Positions 28,712 through 38,090 of a DNA stretch of 64,000 bases are shown here, piece after piece. Origin of the DNA: Patescibacteria group bacterium (GTDB taxonomy: Bacteria; Patescibacteriota; Doudnabacteria; UBA920); assembly GCA_036726225.1 (NCBI GenBank), contig DAIMCS010000001.1, positions 188,885-252,884 on the forward strand, in the 5' to 3' direction. Under the pieces are notes generated by a model, which was not told the DNA's origin, did no database searches, and saw nothing but the letters and a program-made list of their open reading frames with translations. The stretch's first letter is position 1. Each line of letters opens with the position of its first letter. The position numbers and the translations under genes are program-made.

Positions 28712-29140
28712 ATGAAACCTGTAAAAAAAGACACCAATAGAATTGCCAAGGTTAACTCCCTTATCCAGCATGAATTAGGGCCGATTTTGCTTGAATTTTT
28801 AGGGGAATTTAATGCCTTAGTTACTATTACAAAAGTTGATACTTCCAAAGATATGAAATGGGCAAAAATATGGATTTCTATTGTACCTACAGGCCTGCAG
28901 CCTGAGCCACAAATTGAAAAGCCCTCGGGAAAAAAAGAAAAAGAATTTTCCGTTTTGGACAAAAAAATCCTGGATTTTTTAGCCAAAAATATTTACGACA
29001 TCCAGGGCGAAGTTAACAAACATTTCCACACCAAAATAATTCCGCGGATTAGTTTTCATTTAGACGTCTCACCGCGCTACGCTCAGCATATAGATGAATT
29101 GATTAAAACAATTCATGAAGAACCAAACACCAAATTATAA
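28712..29140 (+). CDS. rbfA: Ribosome-binding factor A
   Basis: 142 aa; RIAKVNSLIQHELGPILL...VTITKVDTSKDMKWAKIWISI; infB-rbfA synteny. Confidence 0.7.
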   Translation: MKPVKKDTNRIAKVNSLIQHELGPILLEFLGEFNALVTITKVDTSKDMKWAKIWISIVPTGLQPEPQIEKPSGKKEKEFSVLDKKILDFLAKNIYDIQGEVNKHFHTKIIPRISFHLDVSPRYAQHIDELIKTIHEEPNTKL

Positions 29141-29206
29141 GAACCAAACAAGGATTAAATTTAAAATTTTAATATTAAAATTTGTTTGGTACTTGGATCT
29201 TGAATT

Positions 29207-30211
29207 TTGAAATTTATTTTAAAGATGGAACAGAATTTTAAAAAAGCTAAATCACTGATTGACGACTCCTACCGAATTCTGCTGACCATGCACGAACGCA
29301 TGGACGGGGACGACGGAGGAGCGCTTTTAGCTATGGGCCACCATTTGGAAAAAATGGGCAAGGTCGTAACTTATGCCATCAAGAAAGGCGTTCCGCCAGC
29401 TTTGGCTTTTTTACCCGGCTCGGAGAAAATTGCGGATGACATAGACCACCACAACTTTGATTTGCTCATAACTTTCGGTTGCTCCACTCTCGACAGATGC
29501 GGCAGCGCTAAAATCTTAAACCTTTCCGCCCAAGGCGGATCCGCCTCCGGCGGAAAATCGGGAACTTCAATCATAAATATTGACCACCACCCTGACAACA
29601 GCCATTTTGGAAATGTAAACGTAGTAGACCACACTAAATCTTCGGTCGCTGAACTAATTTACGATTTTTTTATGTTCCATAACTGGCCAATAACTAAAGA
29701 AGTAGCCACCTGTTTACTCACCGGCATTATTACTGACACCGGCAGTTTTATGCATTCCAACACCCAAAGTTCCACACTTAAAACCGCCGCAGAGCTTATG
29801 AAAAAAGGCGCGCACGTAAGTAAAATTATAAAGCACACTTACAAAAGCAAATCGCTTTCGGTGCTTAAAGCCTGGGGCAGGGCTTTGGAAAATTCTTTTT
29901 ACGACGAAAAAAATAAAATTATTTATTCTGTAATGACGGAAACAGATTTACAGGAATTTGAAAAATTACCCCTGGCTGCTTTTGAAGGTTTTGCCGAAAC
30001 CTTAAACACCGTGCCCGAAGCTAAGCTTGCCATGTTTTTAAGGCAGGACGGACCAATTATAAAAGGCAGTTTGAGAAGTGATATTTTCAAAGATGTGGAC
30101 GTCAGTAAAATTGCCCACATTTTTGGCGGCGGGGGACATAAGCTGGCATCCGGATTTTCCGTGGCCGGGAAATTAATGAAGGACGAGAGTGGCAAATGGA
30201 GAGTCATTTAG
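29207..30211 (+). CDS. nrnA: DHH/DHHA1 phosphoesterase, NrnA-like
   Basis: 334 aa; HERMDGDDGGA, DHH (INIDHHPDN), GIITDTGSF. Confidence 0.75.
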   Translation: MKFILKMEQNFKKAKSLIDDSYRILLTMHERMDGDDGGALLAMGHHLEKMGKVVTYAIKKGVPPALAFLPGSEKIADDIDHHNFDLLITFGCSTLDRCGSAKILNLSAQGGSASGGKSGTSIINIDHHPDNSHFGNVNVVDHTKSSVAELIYDFFMFHNWPITKEVATCLLTGIITDTGSFMHSNTQSSTLKTAAELMKKGAHVSKIIKHTYKSKSLSVLKAWGRALENSFYDEKNKIIYSVMTETDLQEFEKLPLAAFEGFAETLNTVPEAKLAMFLRQDGPIIKGSLRSDIFKDVDVSKIAHIFGGGGHKLASGFSVAGKLMKDESGKWRVI

Positions 30212-30292
30212 CCACTCTTCTACTAAATACGAAAGTGCCTAAATACTAAATTAAAAGGCTTCCCTGCGGAGCCTTTTCGTATTTTAGATTAT

Positions 30293-30874
30293 TTAGTATT
30301 TAGTAGATTCATCTCTTGCCTTCTTAAGCGCTTCTGCTGACCAAACCAAACTTTTTAAAAGCCCGTCAACTTTCTTATTATAAGATTCGTCCAAAAGTTT
30401 ACCCTCGGCATCAAAAATATTTTCTATTTTTCCAAACATTACAGTTTCTCTTATTGCAAACATCTTAAAAGCTTCAATTACCGGGCGAATATTTTCTATT
30501 GCCCTGGCCCCTCCTAAAATTCCGGTTGAAACCCCGGCGAGCCCCACTACTTTATGCTCATATTCCGGAAACAGCCAGTCCAGCGCATTCTTTAACACCC
30601 CAGAATAACCGTGGTTGTATTCGGGAACCACTAAAACAAAAGCGTCCGCCGCATCGGCTATTTTACTCCACTTACGCACATTTTCGTTGGGATATTGTCT
30701 CTCATAATCCGAAGGCTCTTTTGGAGTATCTATAAATGGCAAGGGCAACTCTGTAAAATCAACCAATTGGGATGTATGCCCTAAGGCTTTAATTTTTTCA
30801 ACTAAAAACCTAGCCGGCTTTTCACTATGCCTGCCTTCGCGTACACTGCCTAAAATTACGGGGATGTTTAACAT
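30293..30874 (-). CDS. NADPH-dependent FMN reductase family flavoprotein
   Basis: 193 aa; flavodoxin-like, VPEYNHGYSGVLKNALDW. Confidence 0.7.
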   Translation of the reverse strand: MLNIPVILGSVREGRHSEKPARFLVEKIKALGHTSQLVDFTELPLPFIDTPKEPSDYERQYPNENVRKWSKIADAADAFVLVVPEYNHGYSGVLKNALDWLFPEYEHKVVGLAGVSTGILGGARAIENIRPVIEAFKMFAIRETVMFGKIENIFDAEGKLLDESYNKKVDGLLKSLVWSAEALKKARDESTKY

Positions 30875-30877
30875 TAA

Positions 30878-31390
30878 TTATTTTCCCAACAACTTCGTGG
30901 TTAATTTTTTTATCAAAACTTTTTCTGTCTCAGGTGTAGGATAGACCCTGCTTTGATCAATGGCGTTGGCAACGGGGAAATAAAATTCAAAAAGCTCCTT
31001 GGCGGAATCTTCTTCAAGTTTCCTGTGATCGACGTCAGCACTGAATAATACTTTTTTTACTTCTCCGTCTTGAGTTGTTGAGTACTTGGTTAGTCTTACC
31101 AAAACCGGAGAGCTGTCTATTTCAACCTCGCCGGCAATTTCTTCCATTTTTTGCCTATGGTCGCCGGGCAAACTCGAGTTGACTTTAACCTCGTCAACTA
31201 TCAGTTTTAGTTTCGACTTTTCCAACATCTTTTGCTGTTCGACGGATAAGGCATTGTACATTGCTTCCCTTACCTCCGAAGCTGCTTGTTGGTAAACAGG
31301 CATATTTGCTTCTGAAATATCACTAAGACCTTTTTCGTCCTTCGGCTCACCCGCGGCCCTAAAGCCTTGGTCTAACTTATTTTCTTGCAT
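30878..31390 (-). CDS. Hypothetical protein
   Basis: Start trimmed to MQENKLDQ because track ORF N-terminus overlaps tRNA-Leu(GAG). Confidence 0.4.
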   Translation of the reverse strand: MQENKLDQGFRAAGEPKDEKGLSDISEANMPVYQQAASEVREAMYNALSVEQQKMLEKSKLKLIVDEVKVNSSLPGDHRQKMEEIAGEVEIDSSPVLVRLTKYSTTQDGEVKKVLFSADVDHRKLEEDSAKELFEFYFPVANAIDQSRVYPTPETEKVLIKKLTTKLLGK

Positions 31391-31411
31391 ATAATAATTC
31401 TTTATTAATTT

Positions 31412-31498
31412 TGGTGCCCAGGACAGGACTCGAACCTGCACGGGATTGCTCCCGCTACCACCTCAAGGTAGTGCGTATACCAATTCCGCCACCTGGGC
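31412..31498 (-). tRNA. tRNA-Leu(GAG)
   Basis: rc GCCCAGGTGGCGGAATTGG...TTGAGGT loop...long variable arm...GGTTCGAGTCC...CCTGGGCACCA. Confidence 0.85.
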
Positions 31499-31537
31499 TT
31501 ATTTTTTAAATTTGTCTACCAATTATACCGAAAACGA

Positions 31538-31652
31538 TCTTTTTTTTCAATAGTCCTTGTCATTGCGAGTGCAGCCGAAGCAATCTAATCCAAGCAATAA
31601 AAGATTGCCACGTCGGCCGTCCGCCTTAGGCGGACTGGCCTCCTCGCAATGA
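31538..31652. repeat. Long hairpin element with GTCATTGCGAG...CTCGCAATGAC termini
   Basis: Approx. 100-nt imperfect palindrome downstream of pyrC. Confidence 0.55.
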
Positions 31653-31656
31653 CAAA

Positions 31657-32916
31657 TTAATGGCTATAAACCTTCCCGGCAATAATGGTGTATTTCACCC
31701 TTCCCGGAAAAGCCATGCCTTCAAATGGCGACCAAGCGCATTTGGTTTTTAATTTGTCGGCGGTGATCGTAATTGGTTCGTTGGGATTGATTACTGTAAG
31801 GGATCCAATATAACCTTTTTCAATTTTCCCAAAACCTTTACCGCATAGCGGCGGTAAAAATTCATTTACAAATTTTCCCGGATTATAAGCACAAACGCGC
31901 GCAATATCTTGAGGCATAAAAGCGTGCTCCTGCATAAGCCAAGTCGTAAAAGACCCGTAAGTGTCCAAATGCGGCACACCCGAAATGCCTTTTAGCTTTT
32001 CTTCGCGCGTATGTGGTGCGTGGTCAGTGGCTAAATAATCTATATCGCCACGCTTTAAAGCCGCTATCATTTCCAGACGATCCTCTTTGTTCCTAAGCGG
32101 GGGATTCATTTGCAGCAACTTATGATTCCCATCATTTAACATTGAGTCGTCAAAATACAAATGGTGGGGCGTTACTTCACAAGTAACTTTTACGCCTCTT
32201 TTTTTTGCTTCGACGATCTTAGGCAAACCTTCTTTGGTAGAATAGTGGCAAAGCTTGCCTACAAGATTATATTTTTCTATCAAATGCAGTGCAAAATCCG
32301 TAGCTGTAATTTCAGCGGCAGCCGGCCTTTGCTGTTCGTGCGTTGGCGCTGATTTATTAGCTTCCAAAATTTCCGGATCCTCACAATGGAAACTTACATT
32401 TTGACCGGCGTACTTAGAAATAACTTTTTCAAGTTCTGCGGATGACGAAAAAAATAAATCTCCCACAGACGGGCCCATATAAACTTTGTATGGCACTTTT
32501 TTCTTTAAAGGATTGGTATTAGGGCCAATTCCGGCATACAAAATTATGTGCACTTTAGATTCACTACCAAGCTTGGCCTTTTCTACGTATTTTTTATCAT
32601 CCGTCGGCGCAACCGGATTGTTAGGCATATCGGCAAAAAATGTAACACCGCCTGAAACTGCTGCCTCCGATGCGCTTTTAAAATCTTCTTTGTAATTTTG
32701 CGTGCCACTAGCATCTTGCCTGGCGTGCACGTGGATGTCGCCAAAACCCGGGAAAATAAGTTCATTATTTAAAACTAAATCCGCCGCGCCAGTAGCCGGA
32801 CCAACGCTCTCAATTAAACCAGTTTCGCTGTTAATTTCGACTCTCGCAACCGATTCAGAATCGTGGTTTATAATTTTTCCTTCGATTGAAAACATTTTCA
32901 TAAAATTATGTGTCAT
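31657..32916 (-). CDS. pyrC: Dihydroorotase-like amidohydrolase
   Basis: 419 aa; metal ligands HVHAR...ATDHAPH; first gene of pyr cluster. Confidence 0.7.
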   Translation of the reverse strand: MTHNFMKMFSIEGKIINHDSESVARVEINSETGLIESVGPATGAADLVLNNELIFPGFGDIHVHARQDASGTQNYKEDFKSASEAAVSGGVTFFADMPNNPVAPTDDKKYVEKAKLGSESKVHIILYAGIGPNTNPLKKKVPYKVYMGPSVGDLFFSSSAELEKVISKYAGQNVSFHCEDPEILEANKSAPTHEQQRPAAAEITATDFALHLIEKYNLVGKLCHYSTKEGLPKIVEAKKRGVKVTCEVTPHHLYFDDSMLNDGNHKLLQMNPPLRNKEDRLEMIAALKRGDIDYLATDHAPHTREEKLKGISGVPHLDTYGSFTTWLMQEHAFMPQDIARVCAYNPGKFVNEFLPPLCGKGFGKIEKGYIGSLTVINPNEPITITADKLKTKCAWSPFEGMAFPGRVKYTIIAGKVYSH

Positions 32917-32918
32917 TC

Positions 32919-33008
32919 CGCCTGCCTGCGGTAGGCAGGGAAAATTTACATTGTTATTAAATTTATCCGGAATCTATTTAATTGGATTCCCGCCTTCGCG
33001 GGAATGAC
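32919..33008. repeat. Composite palindromic element (GTCATTCC...GGGAATGAC family) in pyrC-pyrD spacer
   Basis: gtcattccgcctgcctgcggtaggcagg...aaatttatccggaatcta...ggattcccgccttcgcgggaatgac. Confidence 0.7.
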
Positions 33009-33014
33009 AAAAGA

Positions 33015-34094
33015 TTAAGCATCCTTTCCTACGGCTTCCGAAATATTTTTAAACCCGTCTCTTTTTAACAATTCAACCAAACCCTGATTAATTTTCTTAA
33101 CCAATCCTGGGCCTTCGTAAATAAGTCCAGTATAAAGCTGGACTAATGATGCCCCGGCTTTTATTTTTTCGTAAGCAGCCTCTGCACTATCAACACCGCC
33201 AAGACCAATTATACATGGTCGTTTAAGCTGTTTGTACGCGTGCCTAATTAAATTCGTAGATTTTTCCCTAATTGGCTGCCCCGAAAGCCCGCCTCTGCCT
33301 ATTTGCGCGACTACCGAAGCATTGGTATTCAAATTTTCTCTGGCTGTTGAAGTATTTGTTAAAATATAACCGTCGATTTTTTTACCCTCACAGATTTCCA
33401 AAATTTTATCTAATTTTTCCAAACTTAAATCGGGTGAAATTTTTACTAAAATTGGCTTCTGTAAATTCAAAGCCATCTTCGCTCTAATAATTTCGTCAAG
33501 CAGAACGTTTAAACTTTCCGGCTCTTCAAAAGTCTTACCTTCGGCAGTGTTGGGGCAACTGATGTTTATTACACTTATATCGGCATGCGGGGACAACTTC
33601 CTAAAACAGGTAACAAAATCTTCCACTGCTTTTTCTCCAACTATTCGAGGGTCGGGGGTTTTAACCAAGCTAACAAAAACAGGGCTTCCAAATTTACGGT
33701 CCTTCAATAAAGCAGCAATAAAATCAGCGCCCTTGTTATTTTGACCTAAGCGATTAATTATAGCCTTGTCTTTTGGCAGGCGGAATAAGCGGGGTCTTGG
33801 GTTGCCGGAATGGGGAAGCGCTGAAACATCGCCTACCTGCATATGGCTAAAACCTAAAGCCGGTAACAAATTTAAAAGTTTACCTGCCTTATCAAAACCG
33901 GCAGAAGTGCCTAAGGAATTTTTAAACTTAATGCCAAAAACTTCACTCTCAAGCGTTGGATGCTCAAAATTGAAAAATGACTTAATTAGATGCTGTGCTC
34001 CTATTGATGATAAAAAAACACCCAAAGCCAACATTTGGTTATGGGTCGTCTCGGCGTCAAACTTAAATAATAAAGGGCGGATTAATTTATACAT
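33015..34094 (-). CDS. pyrD: Dihydroorotate dehydrogenase (class 2-like)
   Basis: 359 aa; NxxG (LGQNNKG), PRLFRL, GGLSG, IGLGGV motifs. Confidence 0.85.
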   Translation of the reverse strand: MYKLIRPLLFKFDAETTHNQMLALGVFLSSIGAQHLIKSFFNFEHPTLESEVFGIKFKNSLGTSAGFDKAGKLLNLLPALGFSHMQVGDVSALPHSGNPRPRLFRLPKDKAIINRLGQNNKGADFIAALLKDRKFGSPVFVSLVKTPDPRIVGEKAVEDFVTCFRKLSPHADISVINISCPNTAEGKTFEEPESLNVLLDEIIRAKMALNLQKPILVKISPDLSLEKLDKILEICEGKKIDGYILTNTSTARENLNTNASVVAQIGRGGLSGQPIREKSTNLIRHAYKQLKRPCIIGLGGVDSAEAAYEKIKAGASLVQLYTGLIYEGPGLVKKINQGLVELLKRDGFKNISEAVGKDA

Positions 34095-34099
34095 AGTTT

Positions 34100-34165
34100 T
34101 TATCCATTCCCGCGAAAGCGGGAATCTATTAACTGGATTCCCGCCTACGCGGGGATGGAATGGCT
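34100..34165. repeat. Composite palindromic element in pyrD-pyrF spacer
   Basis: ccattcccgcgaaagcgggaat...ggattcccgcctacgcggggatgg. Confidence 0.7.
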
Positions 34166-34961
34166 AACGATATTTATTTATCTCATCTCTAAGCTTCTTA
34201 GCTTCTTCTTTAGGATTTTCTGCAAAAATAATTCCCCGGGAGGAGTTGATGATCATTCCCAATTTTTTACTATTAAGTCCGGCCTTAACCGCAGCTTCAA
34301 CATCGCCGCCTTGCACGCCAAGTCCTGGCACTAAAAATGTCATATCGCCGACAAGCGATCTAATTATTTGCATCTCCTCTGGGTAAGTTGCACCCACCAC
34401 CAACATACAGTTGTTATTTTTATTCCATTCTTTGCTGACTCTTTCCGCAACAACCTGCCAAACTTTTTTACCGCCGGATTCTAAATCTTGCAATTCGCCT
34501 GCACCGGGATTAGACGTCCGGCAAAGAATAATCGAGCCTTTATCAGCCCGGTCTAAAAAGGGCTTTAAAGCTTCCTTACCCAGGTACGGATGCAAGGTTA
34601 CGGCGTCAAACCCGAAATAATCAAAAATTGAGAACACATAACCGTTATTCGTATTACCAATGTCCGCGCGCTTGGCATCACAAATCGTAAAAATATCCGG
34701 CTGCTTCTCCCGCAAATAATCCATAGTTAACTTTAACTCCGAAAGTCCCTTATCCCCGCGGGCTTCGTAAAAAGCTGAATTTGGTTTAAAAGCCGCTGCG
34801 AATTCCGCAGTCTCATCAATTATCCATTTGTTAAATTCAAACTGCGGGAATTCCATTGCCTTAAATTTCTCCGGCAATTTTGAAAAATCGGGATCAAGCC
34901 CCACGCAAACCAAAGAGTTTATTTTTTCCGCGCGCTGGTTGTATTTGTCAATTGGGTTCAT
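34164..34961 (-). CDS. pyrF: Orotidine 5'-phosphate decarboxylase (type 2)
   Basis: 265 aa; VGLDP...K...D motif. Confidence 0.8.
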   Translation of the reverse strand: MNPIDKYNQRAEKINSLVCVGLDPDFSKLPEKFKAMEFPQFEFNKWIIDETAEFAAAFKPNSAFYEARGDKGLSELKLTMDYLREKQPDIFTICDAKRADIGNTNNGYVFSIFDYFGFDAVTLHPYLGKEALKPFLDRADKGSIILCRTSNPGAGELQDLESGGKKVWQVVAERVSKEWNKNNNCMLVVGATYPEEMQIIRSLVGDMTFLVPGLGVQGGDVEAAVKAGLNSKKLGMIINSSRGIIFAENPKEEAKKLRDEINKYR

Positions 34962-35599
34962 ATAAGGCCCTTTGCTTGTAAATATTTCTTACCGTGGCCA
35001 ACCTTAACATTAATTGGTATCCCCGAAGCGCACAAAGGACAATCTTTCTCTTCATAAGTTTCAGCCGGAATCTCACACAAAGCGTTAAAATGAAAGCCTA
35101 AGGTTTGGGAGGTTATCTCCTTAGGCACACGGTTAACTATAACGCTAAGCCCCTGGATATGTCCGCCAAATTCTTTTACTGCGTCTATCATTTTGTGTAT
35201 AGACAGTCCTGTGGCAATTGTGTCCTCAATAATTAGGACCTTTTTCCCTTTAATCAACTCATCATAGCCGCGCTTGAAAACCAAAGGGCCTTCGTCGGTC
35301 TTGTCCGCATAAACACTCAATACTTCTTTACCCTGCATTTTAGAAAGATGTTGTGCGGTTAAATGGCCTAAAATTACAGCACCAACTACCGGAGCGGCGA
35401 CAACCTCAACATCCAAATCTTTATTTGTCTGGGCCAAAAGTTTAGCTATTTCTTCTGTTTCGCTCGGATGGGTGAGCAGCCTGTCTTTATTTACATAAAT
35501 AGACATATGCCTGCCCGATGTCCCGACAAAATGGCTATCCGTAAGCACCGCCTCGGTTTTTTTTAAAATTTCTAAAATATTGCTCATATTTATTGTCAT
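34958..35599 (-). CDS. pyrE: Orotate phosphoribosyltransferase
   Basis: 213 aa; PRPP-binding VLIIEDTIATG; overlaps pyrF by 4 nt. Confidence 0.8.
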   Translation of the reverse strand: MTINMSNILEILKKTEAVLTDSHFVGTSGRHMSIYVNKDRLLTHPSETEEIAKLLAQTNKDLDVEVVAAPVVGAVILGHLTAQHLSKMQGKEVLSVYADKTDEGPLVFKRGYDELIKGKKVLIIEDTIATGLSIHKMIDAVKEFGGHIQGLSVIVNRVPKEITSQTLGFHFNALCEIPAETYEEKDCPLCASGIPINVKVGHGKKYLQAKGLI

Positions 35600-35681
35600 T
35601 CCGGAAAATTTTTGTTGACATAAAATTTATCCGGAATCTATTTTCTGGATCCCGGATCAAGTCCGGGATGACACAAATTGA
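35585..35681. repeat. Composite palindromic element in pyrE-prs spacer
   Basis: gtcattccggaaaa...taaaatttatccggaatcta...ggatcccggatcaagtccgggatgac. Confidence 0.7.
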
Positions 35682-36566
35682 TTAAAATAATTTAAGGTTA
35701 CTATCCACAGCGTCCAATAATTTTTGCTTTATGGAAACTTTGGCGTGTTCGTTTAATATGGTATCTGTGGAATAAATACAGTCCGTGAATTTTTTTATTT
35801 TGTCTATGCAATTGTACAAAAAGAGGCCGTGGGTGGCAGCGCAGCAAACTTTTTTCGCGCCGGCTTCGGTTAATTTTTCCAAAGCGCGAAGCATAGTGCC
35901 CCCCGTGCTAATCATATCGTCTAAAATTAAAACATTTTTGTCTTTTACGTCGAACTCACCTTCCATTTCACCTATTTCGCGGTAATGGATTTTGTCCCCT
36001 TCGTATTCCTTGCGCACTTTTTTGTAAGACTGCCCGCCGTGTTCTGCAACTAAATAATTCGCGCCCATATCCGGAGAAATTACTTCAAAACTTTCACCTC
36101 CAAAGCTGTCATTTTTGGCGTAAGCTGCCAGCTCCCTGCCCAAAGAAATATTTTCTATTTGTAGTTCCCCAAATTTGGCCGGGCCTTCCTTGTTTAAAAA
36201 ATGGCAGTCAAAAGTAATTAACTTGTCGCAGCCGGCACGCGAGAGTAAATTACAAACTACGAATGCGCTGGCCACTTCGCCATTTAACTTTTTTTTATCC
36301 TGCCTTGAATAAGGCAGGTAGGGAGAGACCACGGTAATTTTTTGCGCGCCAATTTCCCGCAAAGAATCCAAAATTAAAAGCAGAGTCACCAACGAGGTGT
36401 TCTGCTTTGGATATAATCTATGAAAAACAATTACTTCACGACCCTGGCATTGCTCAATAGAGTTGATTTTAACGTGGCTGTCACCATCCGGGAATTTGCC
36501 AATTTCAATATTTGGTTCAAAAATATCGGCAAAATTGGGGGAAACAAGATGCACGGATTGAGGCAT
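35682..36566 (-). CDS. prs: Ribose-phosphate pyrophosphokinase
   Basis: PRPP motif LILDDMISTGGT; start placed at internal MPQSVHL because upstream 14 codons are ATTGACAA-type repeat sequence. Confidence 0.8.
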   Translation of the reverse strand: MPQSVHLVSPNFADIFEPNIEIGKFPDGDSHVKINSIEQCQGREVIVFHRLYPKQNTSLVTLLLILDSLREIGAQKITVVSPYLPYSRQDKKKLNGEVASAFVVCNLLSRAGCDKLITFDCHFLNKEGPAKFGELQIENISLGRELAAYAKNDSFGGESFEVISPDMGANYLVAEHGGQSYKKVRKEYEGDKIHYREIGEMEGEFDVKDKNVLILDDMISTGGTMLRALEKLTEAGAKKVCCAATHGLFLYNCIDKIKKFTDCIYSTDTILNEHAKVSIKQKLLDAVDSNLKLF

Positions 36567-36574
36567 AGAGTAAT

Positions 36575-36705
36575 TGACAAGAATGACATGATTGAACAAG
36601 ATTGACAAGATTAAGTAAAATCGTGTTCAATCATTCCTGCCTGCCGGCAGGCAGGTAAATCTTTTAAATCCTGTCAATCAATTCTGGCTGTATCATAACA
36701 AAAAT
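36575..36705. repeat. TTGACAAG/CTTGTCAA repeat cluster plus cctgcctgccggcaggcagg palindrome upstream of prs
   Basis: Related arrangement at 48900-48990 upstream of gyrA. Confidence 0.55.
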
Positions 36706-36714
36706 TCAAGGATT

Positions 36715-36805
36715 ATGCTACTATTTACTCTACGGATTACGGATACTCGCGGAAATACGGAAGTTGAAATTCAGTAAATCCGTATAAGGTTCCGTACTCC
36801 GTAGA
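36715..36805. repeat. TACGGA/TCCGTA repeat cluster (copy 2)
   Basis: ctacggattacggatactcgcggaaatacggaag...aatccgtataaggttccgtactccgtag. Confidence 0.6.
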
Positions 36806-36808
36806 ATC

Positions 36809-37123
36809 ATGAAAAAATTCCAAAGAAAAGTTGAAAACTTCATCTGCAGGCATTGCAAAACCAGCGTAAAAGGGGATGGCTACACCAACCATTGCCCCAA
36901 ATGCTTATGGAGCAGGCATGTAGATGTAAACCCGGGCGACCGACAGGAAAAATGCGGGGGGATGATGGAACCCGTGGGCCTGGAAATCAAAAAAACTTCT
37001 TACATTTTAACGCATAAATGCGAAAAGTGCGGAGCCGAAAGAAGGAACCATACAGTGGAAAGTGATAATATAGATGCACTTACAAAGCTGTCTGAAACTC
37101 TTGCAAAAAAGGCACTATTTTGA
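36809..37123 (+). CDS. RNHCP domain zinc-ribbon protein
   Basis: 104 aa; CRHC...GYTNHCPKCLWSRHVD..PGDR...CGG.M.P...HKCEKCG pattern. Confidence 0.6.
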   Translation: MKKFQRKVENFICRHCKTSVKGDGYTNHCPKCLWSRHVDVNPGDRQEKCGGMMEPVGLEIKKTSYILTHKCEKCGAERRNHTVESDNIDALTKLSETLAKKALF

Positions 37124-37280
37124 TATAGTATCCAGGCAAGTTATTCTCGGTCTGGCTTCAGTTACAATTTAAACTTGAGCAATGCTACAAAATAGCAGGT
37201 TTAAATTGAGAGGAACATTTTACGGAGCAGCTGAAATTTTGATGCAGTCAAAATTTAACGCGCGGAGAAAAGTGCGACGA

Positions 37281-37357
37281 GGACGATTAGCTCAGTTGGT
37301 TAGAGCGCCTCGTTTACACCGAGGAGGCCAAAGGTTCGAATCCTTTATCGTCCACCA
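37281..37357 (+). tRNA. tRNA-Val(TAC)
   Basis: GGACGATTAGCTCAGTTGGTTAGAGCG CCTCG TTTACAC CGAGG ... GGTTCGAATCC ... ATCGTCCACCA. Confidence 0.85.
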
Positions 37358-37504
37358 TGAACCATTCGCTCCGCTCAGGTTCATGGCACGCCATAAGCGT
37401 GACATGGAAAATAGAGCGAGTGTTCATGCCCTGACACCCGAACGAAGCGAGTGGTTCAGGGCACGGGTCAACCACCTCTCATTACGTTCAAGGTGCTGCC
37501 CCTT

Positions 37505-37685
37505 ATCCCAAAAATGCCTCCGGCATTTTCGGGAACCCTCAATGAAATCCAAACCGCAAAAACGAGTAGCGCAGCTCCGACGTTTCAGTCGGAGCGAGCA
37601 CGCGTTTTTGTGGAAGAGGAGTTCGTGATGGAGAGCGAGAATCCCGATATTAATCGGGATGAAAGCTCGGAAACACGAACGACTA
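37505..37685 (+). ncRNA. Structured tRNA-leader element (copy B) upstream of tRNA-Phe
   Basis: cccaaaaat hairpin, internal caaaaacg-hairpin-cgtttttg module, GGAGAGCGAGAATCCCGAT-ATTA-ATCGGGATGAAAGCTCGGA core, outer stem gttcgtg/cacgaac. Confidence 0.55.
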
Positions 37686-37760
37686 GCCTCGGTAGCTCAT
37701 TGGTAGAGCGCTGCCCTGAAGAGGCAGGCGTAGTCAGTTCGATTCTGACCCGAGGCACCA
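37686..37760 (+). tRNA. tRNA-Phe(GAA)
   Basis: GCCTCGGTAGCTCATTGGTAGAGCG CTGCC CTGAAGA GGCAG ... GTTCGATTC ... CCGAGGCACCA. Confidence 0.85.
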
Positions 37761-37837
37761 TCGGCCCATTTATCCTTACGGCTTACGTGTGCAAAAAAAT
37801 ATTTTGCCCACTTCAGCCTTCAGGATAATGTGCCTCT

Positions 37838-38016
37838 TTCCCAAAAATGCTAATAGCATTTTTGGGAACCCTCAATGAAATCCAAACCGCAAAAACGAGT
37901 AGCGCAGCTCCGACGTTTCAGTCGGAGCGAGCACGCGTTTTTGTGGAAGAGGAACAACTGCGGAGGGCGAGAGTCCCGATTGAAGATCGGGACGAAAGCC
38001 CGGAGCAAGTTGTGAC
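37838..38016 (+). ncRNA. Structured tRNA-leader element (copy C) upstream of tRNA-Gly; shares an identical approx. 85-nt segment with copy B
   Basis: ...GGAGGGCGAGAGTCCCGAT-TGAAG-ATCGGGACGAAAGCCCGGA core, outer stem acaact/agttgt. Confidence 0.55.
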
Positions 38017-38090
38017 GCGGCTATGGTTCAATGGTAGAACTTCTCCTTGCCATGGAGAGGATAGGGGTTCGATTCCCCTTAGCCGCTCCA
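38017..38090 (+). tRNA. tRNA-Gly(GCC)
   Basis: GCGGCTATGGTTCAATGGTAGAAC TCTCC TTGCCAT GGAGA ... GGTTCGATTCCCC TTAGCCGCTCCA. Confidence 0.85.
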
